Source: a virus
Virus record (IMG/VR): IMGVR_UViG_3300025117_000031
Coordinates: 89,921 to 153,920 of that record
Reading direction: 5' to 3' (one strand)
Length of the DNA: 64,000 bases
Positions 19,401 to 28,380 of the stretch are shown one piece after another. Each line of letters opens with the position of its first letter. The stretch's first letter is position 1. A model generated the notes under the pieces. That model was given only the letters and a program-made list of their open reading frames with translations, ran no database searches and was not told where the DNA came from. Both the position numbers and the translations under genes were made by a program.

Positions 19401-21573
19401 TGGAACTACGTATTATATGGATTTGATTCTGGCAAAAGATGGAATAGATATGGTAAGAAGCTCTGATGATAATTACCAAGGAAGATACTTTGGTCCTCCT
19501 TCACTGATTTATAATTTGACAGAAGTATCTTCTTCTGATTTTGCCAGCGCAAGTTTAACGAATGATTTGATGAAAAAAGATCCATCCTTTATTCAATTTA
19601 CTCCTCCGTATTATTACGGAGACTCTATTTGCAGAGTCTCTTTCTTGGCAGACGATACAAAGAAATATACTTTAGATGAGATTTTAGCAGGATTACAAGT
19701 CGAAAGTTACGATAGAGAAAAAGAAGAGCTTTTTAGAGGAATTCATAGAGATTTAAGAACATATAAAGATGTTATTCTTAATTTTGTTAATACAAAGCTG
19801 TTTACTAGCGGTACGGTTTTTACTAGTATAGGAGATTACACTCCGTTTATTAATGCGGATGGTTTTTTTGCCGCTTATGATGTAAGCGGGAACGAGATTG
19901 CTGTTCAAAGATTTACGGGTTCGACATCGGTAGATGGAGAAATTATTATAGATTCCGGAAGCGCTAGCAGAAGGTCGATGTCAGCACAAGCTTTCTTTAG
20001 GGCAATTAATTTATTGCCGGTAGATGTTACAACTACATATGTAAATACATCTTCTGGTGAGTTATATGTTAGAGATTATTCCAATAATCAAAAGTTTGGG
20101 TACAGGATTTCCGGAACCAACTTGGCCGGCAGTGCTGCCTATCTGGAGAACTTAAAACCAGAAATGATTATTTCTGGTAGTGATTATGACAATTTTGATG
20201 GGTTAACAGTAGAAAATCTTCTAAGAGATAATTTCTATACGTATAGCACAGCTATAGTTGATTCTCTTTGGTATCAGATTTACTCTTTGTATAAAGATTC
20301 CGCAGCATATTCTGGTTCAATGCCGTTTGTGTCTTCTGTGGACATTTTTGGGAAGACAAGAGAAAAGGTAACAACTTATTCTGTGGGACAAGAAACTGGG
20401 GCTAGGACAACAGAAGATTCTGATTCTACCTCTTTTGATAGATGGGTTATTTCTACAAGATACGAGTGTCCCGTTCTGCATGTAACGTCGTCAAACAGCA
20501 GCCAGGGTTCTTCTGTGTGGTCTAGTTATGGACAAATACCGACAGGCTCTGCTGGTCTTTACTTAAAGATAGAAGATAGTATTCGAGGGATAGGGCAGAC
20601 GACAAAGGTTGTACCAGAGTATCAAATATCTTTTGCTAACAGCACCTCTGATATTACTGTAGGTTCTTTGCTAGACGTTTGTGGTTTTACTCCGTCTAAG
20701 AAGAGGGTTGGCGAAGTTGCTTCGTTTAAGAAGTTTAAAGAAGCTGTTGTTGCAATACCGTTCCTTGACGAGCAAAGGACACAAGAGCCGGTAACGACCG
20801 AGATTGCTGGAAGGAACTTCTTTAAGATTTCTCGTCAGAAGCTTGAGGAGCAGAGGAGAAGGGTTTCTGAAGGTAGAATGGTTGTTGAAGAGTCAATGAA
20901 GCAAAGAAAGACAACTAGCATTACCAGAATGGTGGAAAAGATGAAGAACTATATTATTCCACCTGAATTTGACTTTGGTACATACTCTGATATGGAACCG
21001 TTTGCAATGTATATTTTTGAAATTGAGCATACGTTTACAAAAGATGACTTGGCTTTGATCTGGCAGGGTTTGATGCCGGAATCTTCTAGAAGAGCAGAAA
21101 AAGTAGAAACCTCTATTTCTCATCCGTTTGACGAATATGAGTTCTTTAATGAAGAGGGAATTCCTGAAAATACACGGTGGATGGTGTTTAAAGTAAAACA
21201 AAAGGCAGAGAAGAACTACTTTAAAGTAACAGAAAACAATAAAGATGACGACAGATTTATTTTTGATTTCCAAGTTGGTCGTAAGGAACCGGAATATTCT
21301 TATAACTGGCCGTATGACTTCTGTTCCTTGGTAGAGTTGGGAGAAATAGAAGCAGACTTAATTATTCGTCCTTCTATCGAGCAAATTCAGGCTGAAGGAA
21401 TAAATGTTCCTAGAGCAGATAGCATGGCTGGAGCAGAGACGGATTCTGATGGTGGGAAGAAAAAGGAAATGGACAATCCTCCGCAGAATATCGTTGTTGC
21501 CTCTTCGGAAGAACAAGAAGGTCCGCCGACGGTTGGTATGTTCGAAAACTTAGGAGATAAGAGAAGGAGATGA
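10402..21573 (+). CDS. giant virion protein with LamG-like domains, Asp-box-like motifs and FG-GAP propeller repeats
   Basis: 3723 aa; IEFW...LDEFRFW (LamG); SSNGYTW and SADQGLTW (Asp-box); repeated D.FG.SVAI.G...VGA...G.VY (FG-GAP); KSKGT..S.R.L.RCFG baseplate-type motif. Confidence 0.75.
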   Translation: MAIKDLFSRSQLKNLKLTSKSEIEDKLESTNYPSAYNYDKSLFVPHVDFDDLASWCKYGSAERYFADSFLKIQEFYPFDGSKTEKQEFLNSGSFVDSWIFDKIYPRTTGYANFSSDNVITITSTGAISSKTINIVSNPEYIYLKGGPNLGDANSYLGANLFSEDDERASNLRFGGSSGNYIEFWLKRGITGSNSEVVFSLNDYYSQYFTILLNNSGSSAFSIASVCSGSASQNVIDLTGYTAAQAFDNNWRHYGFKLSNHATANTFTIEFFVGDDSVSSTTGSGKFIDCVNYVHATIGGLIGSGSFATGSGKLSGSLDEFRFWKSARTNEEIGQNWFSTVDGGANTDDASTDIGVYYKFNEGVFSSSSIHATDRIVLDYSGRLSHGAWSGSLSTSRSTGSAIDSYFGKETEYKEPILYSTNPYVAAKAAEMANSGSIHDVSNNSWVYNDIPGWILEEDQEQEDYSLRNLTQIIGSYFDHLYLQVNAVSSLNDVHYSNDDEKPYPFNDKRLESLGVKVPDIFIDSTLLESLIGRSNEEDFEEKIYNVKNRIYENIYNNITNVLKSKGTEKSVRNLIRCFGTDEEVVKLNLYSDNTEYSLKNNTTETARKVNLLSLDDADNFGVSLIQATSSLTDDDLEYITGSTGFNYIPFTLEAGVVFPKRADVDSELFYSAPFVSSSLFGIKNYSTNNSIFKVLFVKEAIDSKNGYWLLTSSVFSTQLTSSVYSNVYDNEYWSFGVGLYPNSQDASNITSTTYWLDFYGVNYCGDIKQNSFNVSASISQVLATSSLQTSRRIYAGAARTNFTGSIEQYSDVKFANIRYFQKKLQTEEIDAHARDPFNYGVLNPSREMEKESNLQESQALALNWEFGTGSLSALTYGGISYYGINVTDYSSGSYVYLHNGSVDNVVERHYPGIAIFFTSGTTPQVREHILAGRQQLPESLSSGDMVSILSNDDEYFTRDSRPVKYFWALEKSIYQNVSEEILKFFAGVVDFNNLIGEPVNRYREEYKSLAKLRKIFFERIGNTPSVEKYLNYYKWIDSSIGQMVQQLIPATADFSEEMRTVVESHVLERNKYQTPYPTMEFKTEEPEAHAYGVNELLYNWGETHANRPPLFNTVSTLYPATEKMPYEAVYLTKGYVPEISGSGIHGYLYHNTTSDLDKIKRIYLNGNNWVTGATEETFLMRGFVSHATQNIFLAVSTASSTGDDIYTAGATYYVNSGSGWVKSPETFGSQKKSPPIYLSTIDAFVTKTYNAATSSFYTSSNGYTWGEVVDSRESGLSPNNAAYLLFHHAGLNRLYLFAIATETTVDVRYTNPVTLVPATTCTGPSSLDQNAGLRAVDYFSDNKMAFVMDKGAQDWGANFYFYTSSLDGNSFGYVNETGYIPYGIGVRLFWTLAANKDRSKMLVYGVNQGTTYGYTNMVYLMSRESTDLTLIRYDTYNCSVNSEWITNPWAFVDENDIFYICNASGSAGAESVQISSSADQGLTWGNSTHSVVTDLDGTADMWRWKKQRAEGGFSEIASGDPSVNSNKTQLKYTMFSNVSGSTFAKRHFSVVTEPSSTYIKTLTGSLNSSPFTSIENIKVSSSTHQFYTVPSGYSSSIATGHEPDRKNIIGNYSHDYEIVNVSGRYNQRPDMVASGAHNGGYFVSDLGMVPAEIYTSGTVVDHYDIVTSSVVAVSSSDFSSCAYQNLSYYPDEYEGPNGEVSSSTGFSADGVALTTHGMAYPGDFWFNSGSVLWVRIIARTADSSSYPWIYSFYDYGEIAWDIPYCYFDLTSGSGAIGSSSVAVVTSSITELGNAFYDCRYAFTATRNVGLADSNYVKIYYAQASEDYSVTGTALRLDQFILHNVSVDVSGSSSIPVYSSWTSSYLSGESPNNFAPFKGVDKYCFRTLFSSPGEKKTLTKIWLDPVAEELSTHNAQPFRNLEVRQEYDTSLQLHMVSGGLSTTGVANVHKTNCNPLRTVVVNPTEILQERYDNGFVSHQIPRSIYGYSWISGSTTQPTTGSMVLEFQEVSGTTNLVNWVGTASLNVRTKENEISTTTNTLTHNASWQTGSWSPYQWASWEQIRAGEGPVARALRKENIYSVEDPSKERIFVDSQGREKHFFDNRADSFTNYYEPVVTWNKPITHIVEDINKNIVSFTYPYRNLKEHFANQKLANRLNVGECSIPIYETCLNLYKLGEHKFVSIYSPEIIYPKHENVGFDMIHARNYYDDSTSSGIKGSDRITFWKDTEDDRTQSNFVNSLGFNMGIGSVWALEDGSGSSPYGELASMGETRTKDLIAYGRTGIPSLQFCYDVYLSGSTLKESGTNYTANSESGINPFYNSYDKYSDEIRPMGARYTILPEFRISEHMGWYINEAGGDFRKKNRGILTAVGTNVSSSMYNSSRTTANEEFYKIYSHSDMMKAFNEVYDDHKKQKDKVREFSMTFRGIKKLLPYNGFYPVQRSVQLGNLLSQSYAPYISWDTNKSNKESAIQSLIQPFYAPGIFYNTVKSGIAVDWPIMTGTTGDEDDFSVNYYSGTIKNYSGYRMPFESIIDPSYALPLSSSNNSSREGRMYLLSPDYEETLVAKLEQEITGTASSLFSYDMKLDRDNSQFVVGTFRDTTDPTGSVQVFNYTSGTWTKHSDLIPTGTIVSGDKYGSAVAIYGDEAFVGSYASDISGETGAGRVLYFKKQTNIWQCVQEITASDFTGSGVFGRALSFDGTTLAVGANIYGGGDTLEGRAYILQSGSSGYVEVAEFSSSVEPDDGAYGGKVLVSGTWAFVSEYGGAGTPTIGKIYIYKTNGVDPWSLLQAISASDGGADDYFGVSVAISGTKTSVDGYGSQLAVGSYYTYEDGQQAGSVYLYELDYLRGWIEKQKIVSGESGTGDLFGASVDFCDGLMIVGATGLDDAASNAGGVYLYEKENGYYYFREKISDGFAANDVVGSKVAVSGSQLFAGAHGADKIFIYSGEYVGSAYPFISWDGENKTDYSLASNNFFAESSRFFLKDEKFTSFVSKKESEFKTMQSGTTYYMDLILAKDGIDMVRSSDDNYQGRYFGPPSLIYNLTEVSSSDFASASLTNDLMKKDPSFIQFTPPYYYGDSICRVSFLADDTKKYTLDEILAGLQVESYDREKEELFRGIHRDLRTYKDVILNFVNTKLFTSGTVFTSIGDYTPFINADGFFAAYDVSGNEIAVQRFTGSTSVDGEIIIDSGSASRRSMSAQAFFRAINLLPVDVTTTYVNTSSGELYVRDYSNNQKFGYRISGTNLAGSAAYLENLKPEMIISGSDYDNFDGLTVENLLRDNFYTYSTAIVDSLWYQIYSLYKDSAAYSGSMPFVSSVDIFGKTREKVTTYSVGQETGARTTEDSDSTSFDRWVISTRYECPVLHVTSSNSSQGSSVWSSYGQIPTGSAGLYLKIEDSIRGIGQTTKVVPEYQISFANSTSDITVGSLLDVCGFTPSKKRVGEVASFKKFKEAVVAIPFLDEQRTQEPVTTEIAGRNFFKISRQKLEEQRRRVSEGRMVVEESMKQRKTTSITRMVEKMKNYIIPPEFDFGTYSDMEPFAMYIFEIEHTFTKDDLALIWQGLMPESSRRAEKVETSISHPFDEYEFFNEEGIPENTRWMVFKVKQKAEKNYFKVTENNKDDDRFIFDFQVGRKEPEYSYNWPYDFCSLVELGEIEADLIIRPSIEQIQAEGINVPRADSMAGAETDSDGGKKKEMDNPPQNIVVASSEEQEGPPTVGMFENLGDKRRR

Positions 21574-22547
21574 AATTCTTAGAAAAAAAAGAAAGAGTAA
21601 TTGATTTTAAACTTACTCCTTACGGTAAATCAGCTCTTGCGAGAGGTGAATTTCGTCCCATTGGATATGATTTTTATGATGACGATATCATATATGATGA
21701 AGATTACGCTTCTTCGGCAGACGAAACACAGAATGCAATACAGGACAGGATTTTAGAGGGCATCGAACGGCTAGAGGTGCAAACGATTTTTTCTGGGAGA
21801 GAGACACAAATCTCTAGAAAGGCAGAACAGATACGGTCTGAAAGCCAAGGACAGACTTTTTCTGATAGGCCGATTGTTTTGTCGGAAGACAAGAATTATT
21901 TCATGGCTCTTCCCATAGGGTCTTCAGATAGAACCAGAGAGTATTCGCCTGCGTGGAACATTGTTATGACAGGAGGGGAATTTACTGGTTCAGTATCGTA
22001 TTTTTCTTCTTCTTATTCTTCTTTGGTAAAAATACCTCAGCTTACAACTAAAGATTATAATTATGATATTGTTATCAGAAAGGGAAATCCTCCTTCAATG
22101 GAAGAGGGTGTTTCTAGACCGAGTCAAGGAGAGGTTGTATATTCTGACGATATGTCAAAAATAAAAATGTTTGACAATCAGTTTGATGATGGTTCTTTTA
22201 TAGAAATAATTGGGGATTGTTTTCTAACTGACATTATGGAAGAAAACGTAAGAGATGAAAAAGAGAATTTTGATTTGGAAGTTTATATAGTTGAGTCAGG
22301 TACTAGTGGTAAGGACGTGTTGGTTCCTCTTAGTTTCGCTAAAAAACAAGAAAGATTTGTCGATGGGATCTTGTTGGACGAGCAAGAAGTTTCATGTGAA
22401 GATATAAAAATAGACTCATCTTTTGTGGAGTATTATTTTGATGTTTTTGTGGATAAAGAGATAGAAGAAGTTAAGACAAGTCCGCAAAAAACCGAGAAGT
22501 TGCGTAATTACAAAGGAAAGATTGGGAAAATATGCCCAGAGGACTAA
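21570..22547 (+). CDS. virion structural protein (baseplate-associated)
   Basis: N-terminal ID.KLT.YGK..LA.G.F....F.DD.I.Y motif, shared with 28381-29271. Confidence 0.6.
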   Translation: MKFLEKKERVIDFKLTPYGKSALARGEFRPIGYDFYDDDIIYDEDYASSADETQNAIQDRILEGIERLEVQTIFSGRETQISRKAEQIRSESQGQTFSDRPIVLSEDKNYFMALPIGSSDRTREYSPAWNIVMTGGEFTGSVSYFSSSYSSLVKIPQLTTKDYNYDIVIRKGNPPSMEEGVSRPSQGEVVYSDDMSKIKMFDNQFDDGSFIEIIGDCFLTDIMEENVRDEKENFDLEVYIVESGTSGKDVLVPLSFAKKQERFVDGILLDEQEVSCEDIKIDSSFVEYYFDVFVDKEIEEVKTSPQKTEKLRNYKGKIGKICPED

Positions 22548-22550
22548 AGA

Positions 22551-25500
22551 ATGTCTTTTTTTGAAAGTAATGCTCTAATTAACAACCTTATTCCCAAGAT
22601 AGTAATAGAGACTATAGAACTTTCCGATAGAAGAAGTGCAAGTAATTTCATTGAAGAACCGCACATTGTAGTTGGCGGAGAAGGACTGATAAGTAATTCT
22701 GAGGGTGTTTTGAGGGTTAGGGTGGTTCTGTCTCTTACGGAAGTTCTAGACGAAGTAATGTCGCAGATTTTTGATGGGCAGGACTTTAAAAAATATCTTA
22801 GTGTTGTTGTTCAGCAAAGACTTGGGGCAAGAGATAAAAACAAAACTCTCTCTTTGGCTCAAGGCACCAAAGACTTTTCAGCCTACAGTGTAGATTCTGA
22901 TGGGAATGAAGTAATAAAGTTGATCTATGATGTAGAATTTGAGAATACCGAGAGGGATATAAAAGATCTTAGTATCTTGGTTGTTCCTATGTTTAATGAC
23001 CAGGCTTTTTCGGAAGACTTTGGGTTTAGACTAGGACTTGATCCAGAATTGAGGAAAAATTTTTTAGAAGAGAAAATAATAAAAGACTCTATTATCGTTT
23101 CTAAAAAAACGCAAGACTTTAGAATCTCCGAAAAGATATACAAATCTGAAACGGACACTTCGGATGTTACAAACATCTTGAATCAAGAGGTTCTTAAGTT
23201 TGATCGTGGGGCTTCGACCTTTAATGTATCTTCTGCATGTTCTTATGTGACATCTTTAAAGACGTCTAGAGATTATGTTGGTAACTGCAGATTTTTATTT
23301 GGAGTTGATTATAGGAACTTTGTTTCGGACAACTCTCTTTATGGCAAATTCTTTGAAAAGGAGATTTTTGACGGCCCTTCGACCTTTGGGAACTACTTTA
23401 AAATTCTTTCTTTGAAAGTCTTAAGAAGGCGAGTAGAAGCCGTTACTTCTCACAATAGAATTAATTCTCCGGAAGAAGGATTTATCGTTTTTTCAGATGA
23501 TCCGAAAGAGATAACGGTAGCTTTGTCGGGAGAACAAGAGTTCAAAAAGTTTATTGCAGTTGATGACAAAGACGGCTCTTTGAGAGAAGTAAATCTGTTT
23601 TTCCAGTCGGAAGACTTAACTGACGATGCGAGATTTTTTACAGGGACAGATAAGGTAATAAAAGACGAAACAAACGGCATTTATCAATATGGAATAGAGA
23701 TGGTAGTTGAAGATAAATCGAGAGAGATTTTTAAGGACTACTACAACAAGCTTGAGAGTGCTTATAATGCTTTAAAGAAATATCTTCTTGTTGCAGAGAT
23801 TACGGGCAAAAGCAGACTTCTTTTTGCTATTGATGAGCCACATATTGTAAGAGAAGACGAAAGAGCAGAATCATTAGAAAACATTCGTGGTAATTACGAT
23901 GTTTATTCGAATAAGTTTACAGAAGATTTTGCGGATTCTAACATACGGAGATATTCTACTCATCAAGAAACTGCCCCCTGGGTTGAGTCGATAGCACAAT
24001 ATCTTGTGGTTTTAAAGAGATTTTCTTCTATAACCGACGAGAGAGCAAAAGAACTTTCAAGAGGGTTATTTGACCTCGTTCACCCTAGAAAAGCCAACCC
24101 AGACAGCATTAGATTTGTAATGGATTTAATTTCCACTTTGGCAAGAGAAATATATTCAAAAATTGACACCATAGGGGACGTGGTTTTAGGTGATGGAACA
24201 AGAACAAACCCGCAGGGTGTTATGTTTAAGCAAATTGAACTAAAAACATGGTTCAAAGACGGAGTTTTTAACGCAGATACTGATAAAGTTTCAGGATTTG
24301 ACTACCTTTCAATCACGGGGGACTTAGAACAAGAGGCAAAAGACAGAAGTCTTGGGTTGCGAATAATAAAAAGCGGAGATTATGAAAAGAGAGCTAAGGC
24401 AGAGATTCATAAATACTTTGCCACAGAAAACGAAGATATAAACATTACTGTTGACGGGCAAGTTATATCTTCTGGGGATTCTATAGAGAGCAAAAAATAT
24501 GGGGTTTTGTCTCCTTCGGTTGTCCGGACAAATAATCCCGGAACAACTAAAATCCTAACTACTGTGAGTTTTTATCCGGGAAGCGATTTGGCACAGCAGA
24601 TTGTTGACATGGAAATAACAACGGTTCATAAAAACTCTTCCGAGACAGAAAATACGGTTGTTTCTGACGATGGAGCTGCTTCGGATTCTGAGGCTGCAGC
24701 AAACAATAATGCTCAAATGGCAGACATTTTATATGTTGCTGGAGTTACGGTGAACGATGTTTTTTCTTTTGGGAATTCTTTCCCTTCGCAGGAAGAAAGA
24801 ACAAATAAAACAACTCCAGAGAGCAAAGACAGCACGCAAACATATAGGAGCGAAGACACAGAAAGTGAGAAAATAGATCCTTCTGTTGCCGACGAAACTA
24901 AATGCGCTCTTCCCAGGGGAGTTAAAGATAGAATATTGGTATCTAATCCCAATCAGACAATGTATACGATGATTAATCAAATGGATATGACGGCCATGGC
25001 ATATGGGGCGGCGGCTCCTTCTACAATAGCTATGGATAGACCGGATCATAAAAAGATTATTTCTGGGAAAGGCAAGGCGGAAATAAAAGCGAATACTATT
25101 GAGAATTTTGATTTAACTCTACAAGATAACATTGTCAATGTGGCAAAAAGGAATCCTTATGCTGCTGCCGCATTGACCAAGAAAAGTTGGGAAGAGAGTA
25201 AGAATATTTCTACTTCTGAGATTTTAAGAACTTTGCCCAATCAGATAAAGAGCTTGTTTTTAGGCTCGACAAATCCCGAAAGAGTTAAGACGGTTTGGGC
25301 GGGAAAAAGCTCTAACATGGCAAATCCGATGAGGAATTACTCTTCTCCAGACTCGAGTCTTTTTAGAATGAACTATAATATGCTCGGCGTGATAGAGGTT
25401 TTTGAGGGCTTTGAGAAGACAGAAAATTCCAACTCTTCTATTAAACACGAGAAGTGGTCGATGTTGGCCATAGAGTCTTTTAATAATTCAGTTGGGAAAG

Positions 25501-26084
25501 AACTTCTTTGCAGAATAAAGCCATATCAGAATGAGATTCTGGGCCTTACCAGAGAACAAAGACTTGAGCTTGGCGTTTTTAACGAATATTTCTTAATAAA
25601 GCCGGAAAGAAAAACAGTTGTGCAGCCTCCGCCCTCCTTCCCTCCTACGGAAAGACCAGAATTAACTCCTGCGCTGCCTACGATTGTAGAAGAGACGACT
25701 CCGCAACAGGCGGATGCTGAAAATTATGGTCCTTCTCCTGGAGAATTCTTTGGGAATCAAAACGAAGAGGAAGAGGTTACTACTCCGTTTGAGGAAGGTC
25801 TGGAGAACGGTACAATACAATCTACCATAGGTGACGTGGAGGTTGCGGGAGAAGAAGAGGTTACTACTGCTTTCGAAGAGGGTATAGAAGAGGGTACAAT
25901 ACAATCTACTATTGGGGACGTACAGGTTCAAGAAGAAGAATTTGTTCCCCCCTATGCGCAGACTGCAGAAGATGCTGAAATAGTTTCAACGTTAGTTGGA
26001 TTAACAGTGGAAGAAGAAAGCGCTTTAGAACAAAGAGCGGCAGAGCTTGAACAGCAAATGAATTCTAGCAAGAGAAGGAAATAA
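22551..26084 (+). CDS. large hypothetical protein, probably structural
   Basis: 1177-aa ORF; acidic low-complexity C-terminus with a 28-aa duplication. Confidence 0.6.
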   Translation: MSFFESNALINNLIPKIVIETIELSDRRSASNFIEEPHIVVGGEGLISNSEGVLRVRVVLSLTEVLDEVMSQIFDGQDFKKYLSVVVQQRLGARDKNKTLSLAQGTKDFSAYSVDSDGNEVIKLIYDVEFENTERDIKDLSILVVPMFNDQAFSEDFGFRLGLDPELRKNFLEEKIIKDSIIVSKKTQDFRISEKIYKSETDTSDVTNILNQEVLKFDRGASTFNVSSACSYVTSLKTSRDYVGNCRFLFGVDYRNFVSDNSLYGKFFEKEIFDGPSTFGNYFKILSLKVLRRRVEAVTSHNRINSPEEGFIVFSDDPKEITVALSGEQEFKKFIAVDDKDGSLREVNLFFQSEDLTDDARFFTGTDKVIKDETNGIYQYGIEMVVEDKSREIFKDYYNKLESAYNALKKYLLVAEITGKSRLLFAIDEPHIVREDERAESLENIRGNYDVYSNKFTEDFADSNIRRYSTHQETAPWVESIAQYLVVLKRFSSITDERAKELSRGLFDLVHPRKANPDSIRFVMDLISTLAREIYSKIDTIGDVVLGDGTRTNPQGVMFKQIELKTWFKDGVFNADTDKVSGFDYLSITGDLEQEAKDRSLGLRIIKSGDYEKRAKAEIHKYFATENEDINITVDGQVISSGDSIESKKYGVLSPSVVRTNNPGTTKILTTVSFYPGSDLAQQIVDMEITTVHKNSSETENTVVSDDGAASDSEAAANNNAQMADILYVAGVTVNDVFSFGNSFPSQEERTNKTTPESKDSTQTYRSEDTESEKIDPSVADETKCALPRGVKDRILVSNPNQTMYTMINQMDMTAMAYGAAAPSTIAMDRPDHKKIISGKGKAEIKANTIENFDLTLQDNIVNVAKRNPYAAAALTKKSWEESKNISTSEILRTLPNQIKSLFLGSTNPERVKTVWAGKSSNMANPMRNYSSPDSSLFRMNYNMLGVIEVFEGFEKTENSNSSIKHEKWSMLAIESFNNSVGKELLCRIKPYQNEILGLTREQRLELGVFNEYFLIKPERKTVVQPPPSFPPTERPELTPALPTIVEETTPQQADAENYGPSPGEFFGNQNEEEEVTTPFEEGLENGTIQSTIGDVEVAGEEEVTTAFEEGIEEGTIQSTIGDVQVQEEEFVPPYAQTAEDAEIVSTLVGLTVEEESALEQRAAELEQQMNSSKRRK
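25770..25937 (+). repeat. intragenic tandem duplication, 84-bp period (EEVTT.FEEG.E.GTIQSTIGDV.V)
   Basis: Units start at 25770 and 25854. Confidence 0.85.
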
Positions 26085-26086
26085 AA

Positions 26087-28309
26087 ATGGATAAAAAGAA
26101 CAATCTCCAACCTGGAATTCCTTCTATCATATTAGACGAATATCGTTCTGAAGATGAACCAATTGCGTTGAACGATTCGGGGGAGCCGGTTGCTCCTTCC
26201 GGGATAGGGATTACAACAACTCCTAATATCCAAACTGTTACCATGGTAGAGCCCGGCCCGCAAACAGCTTTTGAGGTTTGTAAGTGGTATGATGTCTTAC
26301 CAAAGAGTGAATTTAGAAGTGGAGAAGACTTTTTATATGCTGATTGGGCTTCATTTTTGAATTCAATAGTTTTTAATCAAGAATACTATAATTTTGACTT
26401 TGTTTTGCCTCGACCGCAAAGGGTTACAGAGAAGGACACATCAAATGTTGTTTCTCCGTACTATTATTCTGCGAAGTCACAATATAACTTCTTTGTAGAT
26501 GGATATGAAACAGCAATAGAGTCTGTTCCGGAAAGACTGCTGCCAAATTCTTATGTGTTTGATATTCACAGCTATTCTTCCAAGGTAAATAAAAGATTTG
26601 AAGCTTTGATTACTCTTTCAAAAAATATTGAGTACAAAGTTAAGAACCCTACTGGAGAATATTTTGATTTATACAAGAAGAAGATTGCATCTTATGCTTT
26701 AACAGAAGCGGCAAACATTGTTGGCGACATGTACAAGAACACAATTTTTCCTCTTGCAGATATAGAAGGATTTATGTCTAGGGAAACAGATAAATGGTCT
26801 TTCCCTATGTTTAATTCTGTTGATTTTTCAACAGATGTGTCGACTGAAGTGGCAGAGCTATTGGCAAAAACGGGTCTTATGAACATTTTAATGTCTAATA
26901 TCTCTTCTTGTGTCGAAACTGGTAATTTTTTTACGAATCAGAGAATGAAGATTAGTGGCCAAGACGTTAATTTAAGGTCTTTTAACATAATGGTTTGGTT
27001 TGACGTTCTAAAAAGCTTATTGGATGGCGACGTGGAAGATGAGATATTTAGAACGTTTTCTGGGAAAGAAACAGACACAACGTCTTACATAAGCGAGAGA
27101 GCGTTTAGAGAGGGGATTTTTGCAGATCCTAAATATAAACTAAATTTTTCTGTGTCTTTGTTTTTGTTTGCGAAGAAAATAGAATACATTTTAAAAGACA
27201 GAGCAAGAAGCTTTTTGGACGTCTTTAATAAACAGAAAGCTCCCTCTGAGACCATCCTCTATCGTATTGAAAAAACAGATAGCGAAGGGGTAATACAGAA
27301 CTATTATTTGCCAAACAGCAACAAAATTGACATTTTAAAGTTTGTAGACACTCAAGTAAAGTATGCAAAGAGATACAAATACAAAGTATATGCTTATCAA
27401 TTCGTTTTGGGTACAAAATACAAGTTTTTTGATGCTCAAAATAACGGTACAAGTGGAAGAATTTGCGTGCAAGATGAGACTGTTGTGAGAATTTTAGAGG
27501 TTCCCTACTTTGAACAGGAACTAATGGTTTATGACGCTCCGCCCGTTTCTCCAGAGGTTGTTTTTTGGCCCTATAAGGACATAAATAACAGAGTTTCTAT
27601 TGTTATGAACGGCGGTTTGGGCACAAGAGAAGAAAAACCTGTGATTTTGGAGATTTCCGACGAAGAGCAAGAAAGAAAAATGCGAGAAGTTCAGGAAATT
27701 CCTGAGAAAGAAGAGAAAATCACGTATTCGTCGGATGATAATGTTGTGCTCTTTGACATTTATAGAATTGAAAAGCATCCAGAAAAATATGAAGACTTCA
27801 GAAACAATAGAGTTTCTAGGGTTTCTACTTCAATTTCGTCTATAACCAACGACAAAGCGACCTCTGCTACTTTCAAAGATGAAATTGAGCCAAATAAGAA
27901 ATATTATTATGTGGTTAGGACTGTGGATGTGCATAGCCATGTGTCCAATCCGAGTCCAATTTTTCAAGTTGAGATGGTAGATGATGGTGGTACTGTTTGG
28001 CTTTTAACAGAATGTGTTGAATTGAAGAAAACCGCTGAAAGACAGAAGAGTATTTCCTTCAGGAAAAAGCTTCATATGGTTCCCTCGTTGAAACAGGTGC
28101 TTGTGGATCTTGAAAAAAACGGCCTTTCTGGAGTTGAAACTGGGTTTGCAGCAAAAGATATCGTTTTGGGGGTAACAGAAGATTCTGTTTGGGGGAAAAC
28201 CTTTAAAATTCGTATTGTTAGCAAGCAATCTAATCGAAAGATAGATTTTAATGTATCTTTTGTTCCGAGATTTGATCGGAATACGACAAAAATAGAGGAG
28301 AATAAATAA
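26087..28309 (+). CDS. hypothetical structural protein with FN3-like C-terminal segments
   Basis: FVDTQVKY.KRY.YKVYA and FKDEIEPNKKYYYVVRTVD..HVSNPS resemble FN3 strands. Confidence 0.55.
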   Translation: MDKKNNLQPGIPSIILDEYRSEDEPIALNDSGEPVAPSGIGITTTPNIQTVTMVEPGPQTAFEVCKWYDVLPKSEFRSGEDFLYADWASFLNSIVFNQEYYNFDFVLPRPQRVTEKDTSNVVSPYYYSAKSQYNFFVDGYETAIESVPERLLPNSYVFDIHSYSSKVNKRFEALITLSKNIEYKVKNPTGEYFDLYKKKIASYALTEAANIVGDMYKNTIFPLADIEGFMSRETDKWSFPMFNSVDFSTDVSTEVAELLAKTGLMNILMSNISSCVETGNFFTNQRMKISGQDVNLRSFNIMVWFDVLKSLLDGDVEDEIFRTFSGKETDTTSYISERAFREGIFADPKYKLNFSVSLFLFAKKIEYILKDRARSFLDVFNKQKAPSETILYRIEKTDSEGVIQNYYLPNSNKIDILKFVDTQVKYAKRYKYKVYAYQFVLGTKYKFFDAQNNGTSGRICVQDETVVRILEVPYFEQELMVYDAPPVSPEVVFWPYKDINNRVSIVMNGGLGTREEKPVILEISDEEQERKMREVQEIPEKEEKITYSSDDNVVLFDIYRIEKHPEKYEDFRNNRVSRVSTSISSITNDKATSATFKDEIEPNKKYYYVVRTVDVHSHVSNPSPIFQVEMVDDGGTVWLLTECVELKKTAERQKSISFRKKLHMVPSLKQVLVDLEKNGLSGVETGFAAKDIVLGVTEDSVWGKTFKIRIVSKQSNRKIDFNVSFVPRFDRNTTKIEENK

Positions 28310-28380
28310 AATTCTTTGATTTCTTCACTATTTAGAGGGAGTGAGACCCTTTTTAAGAAAATCTCAAGAGGAGAGAATTA

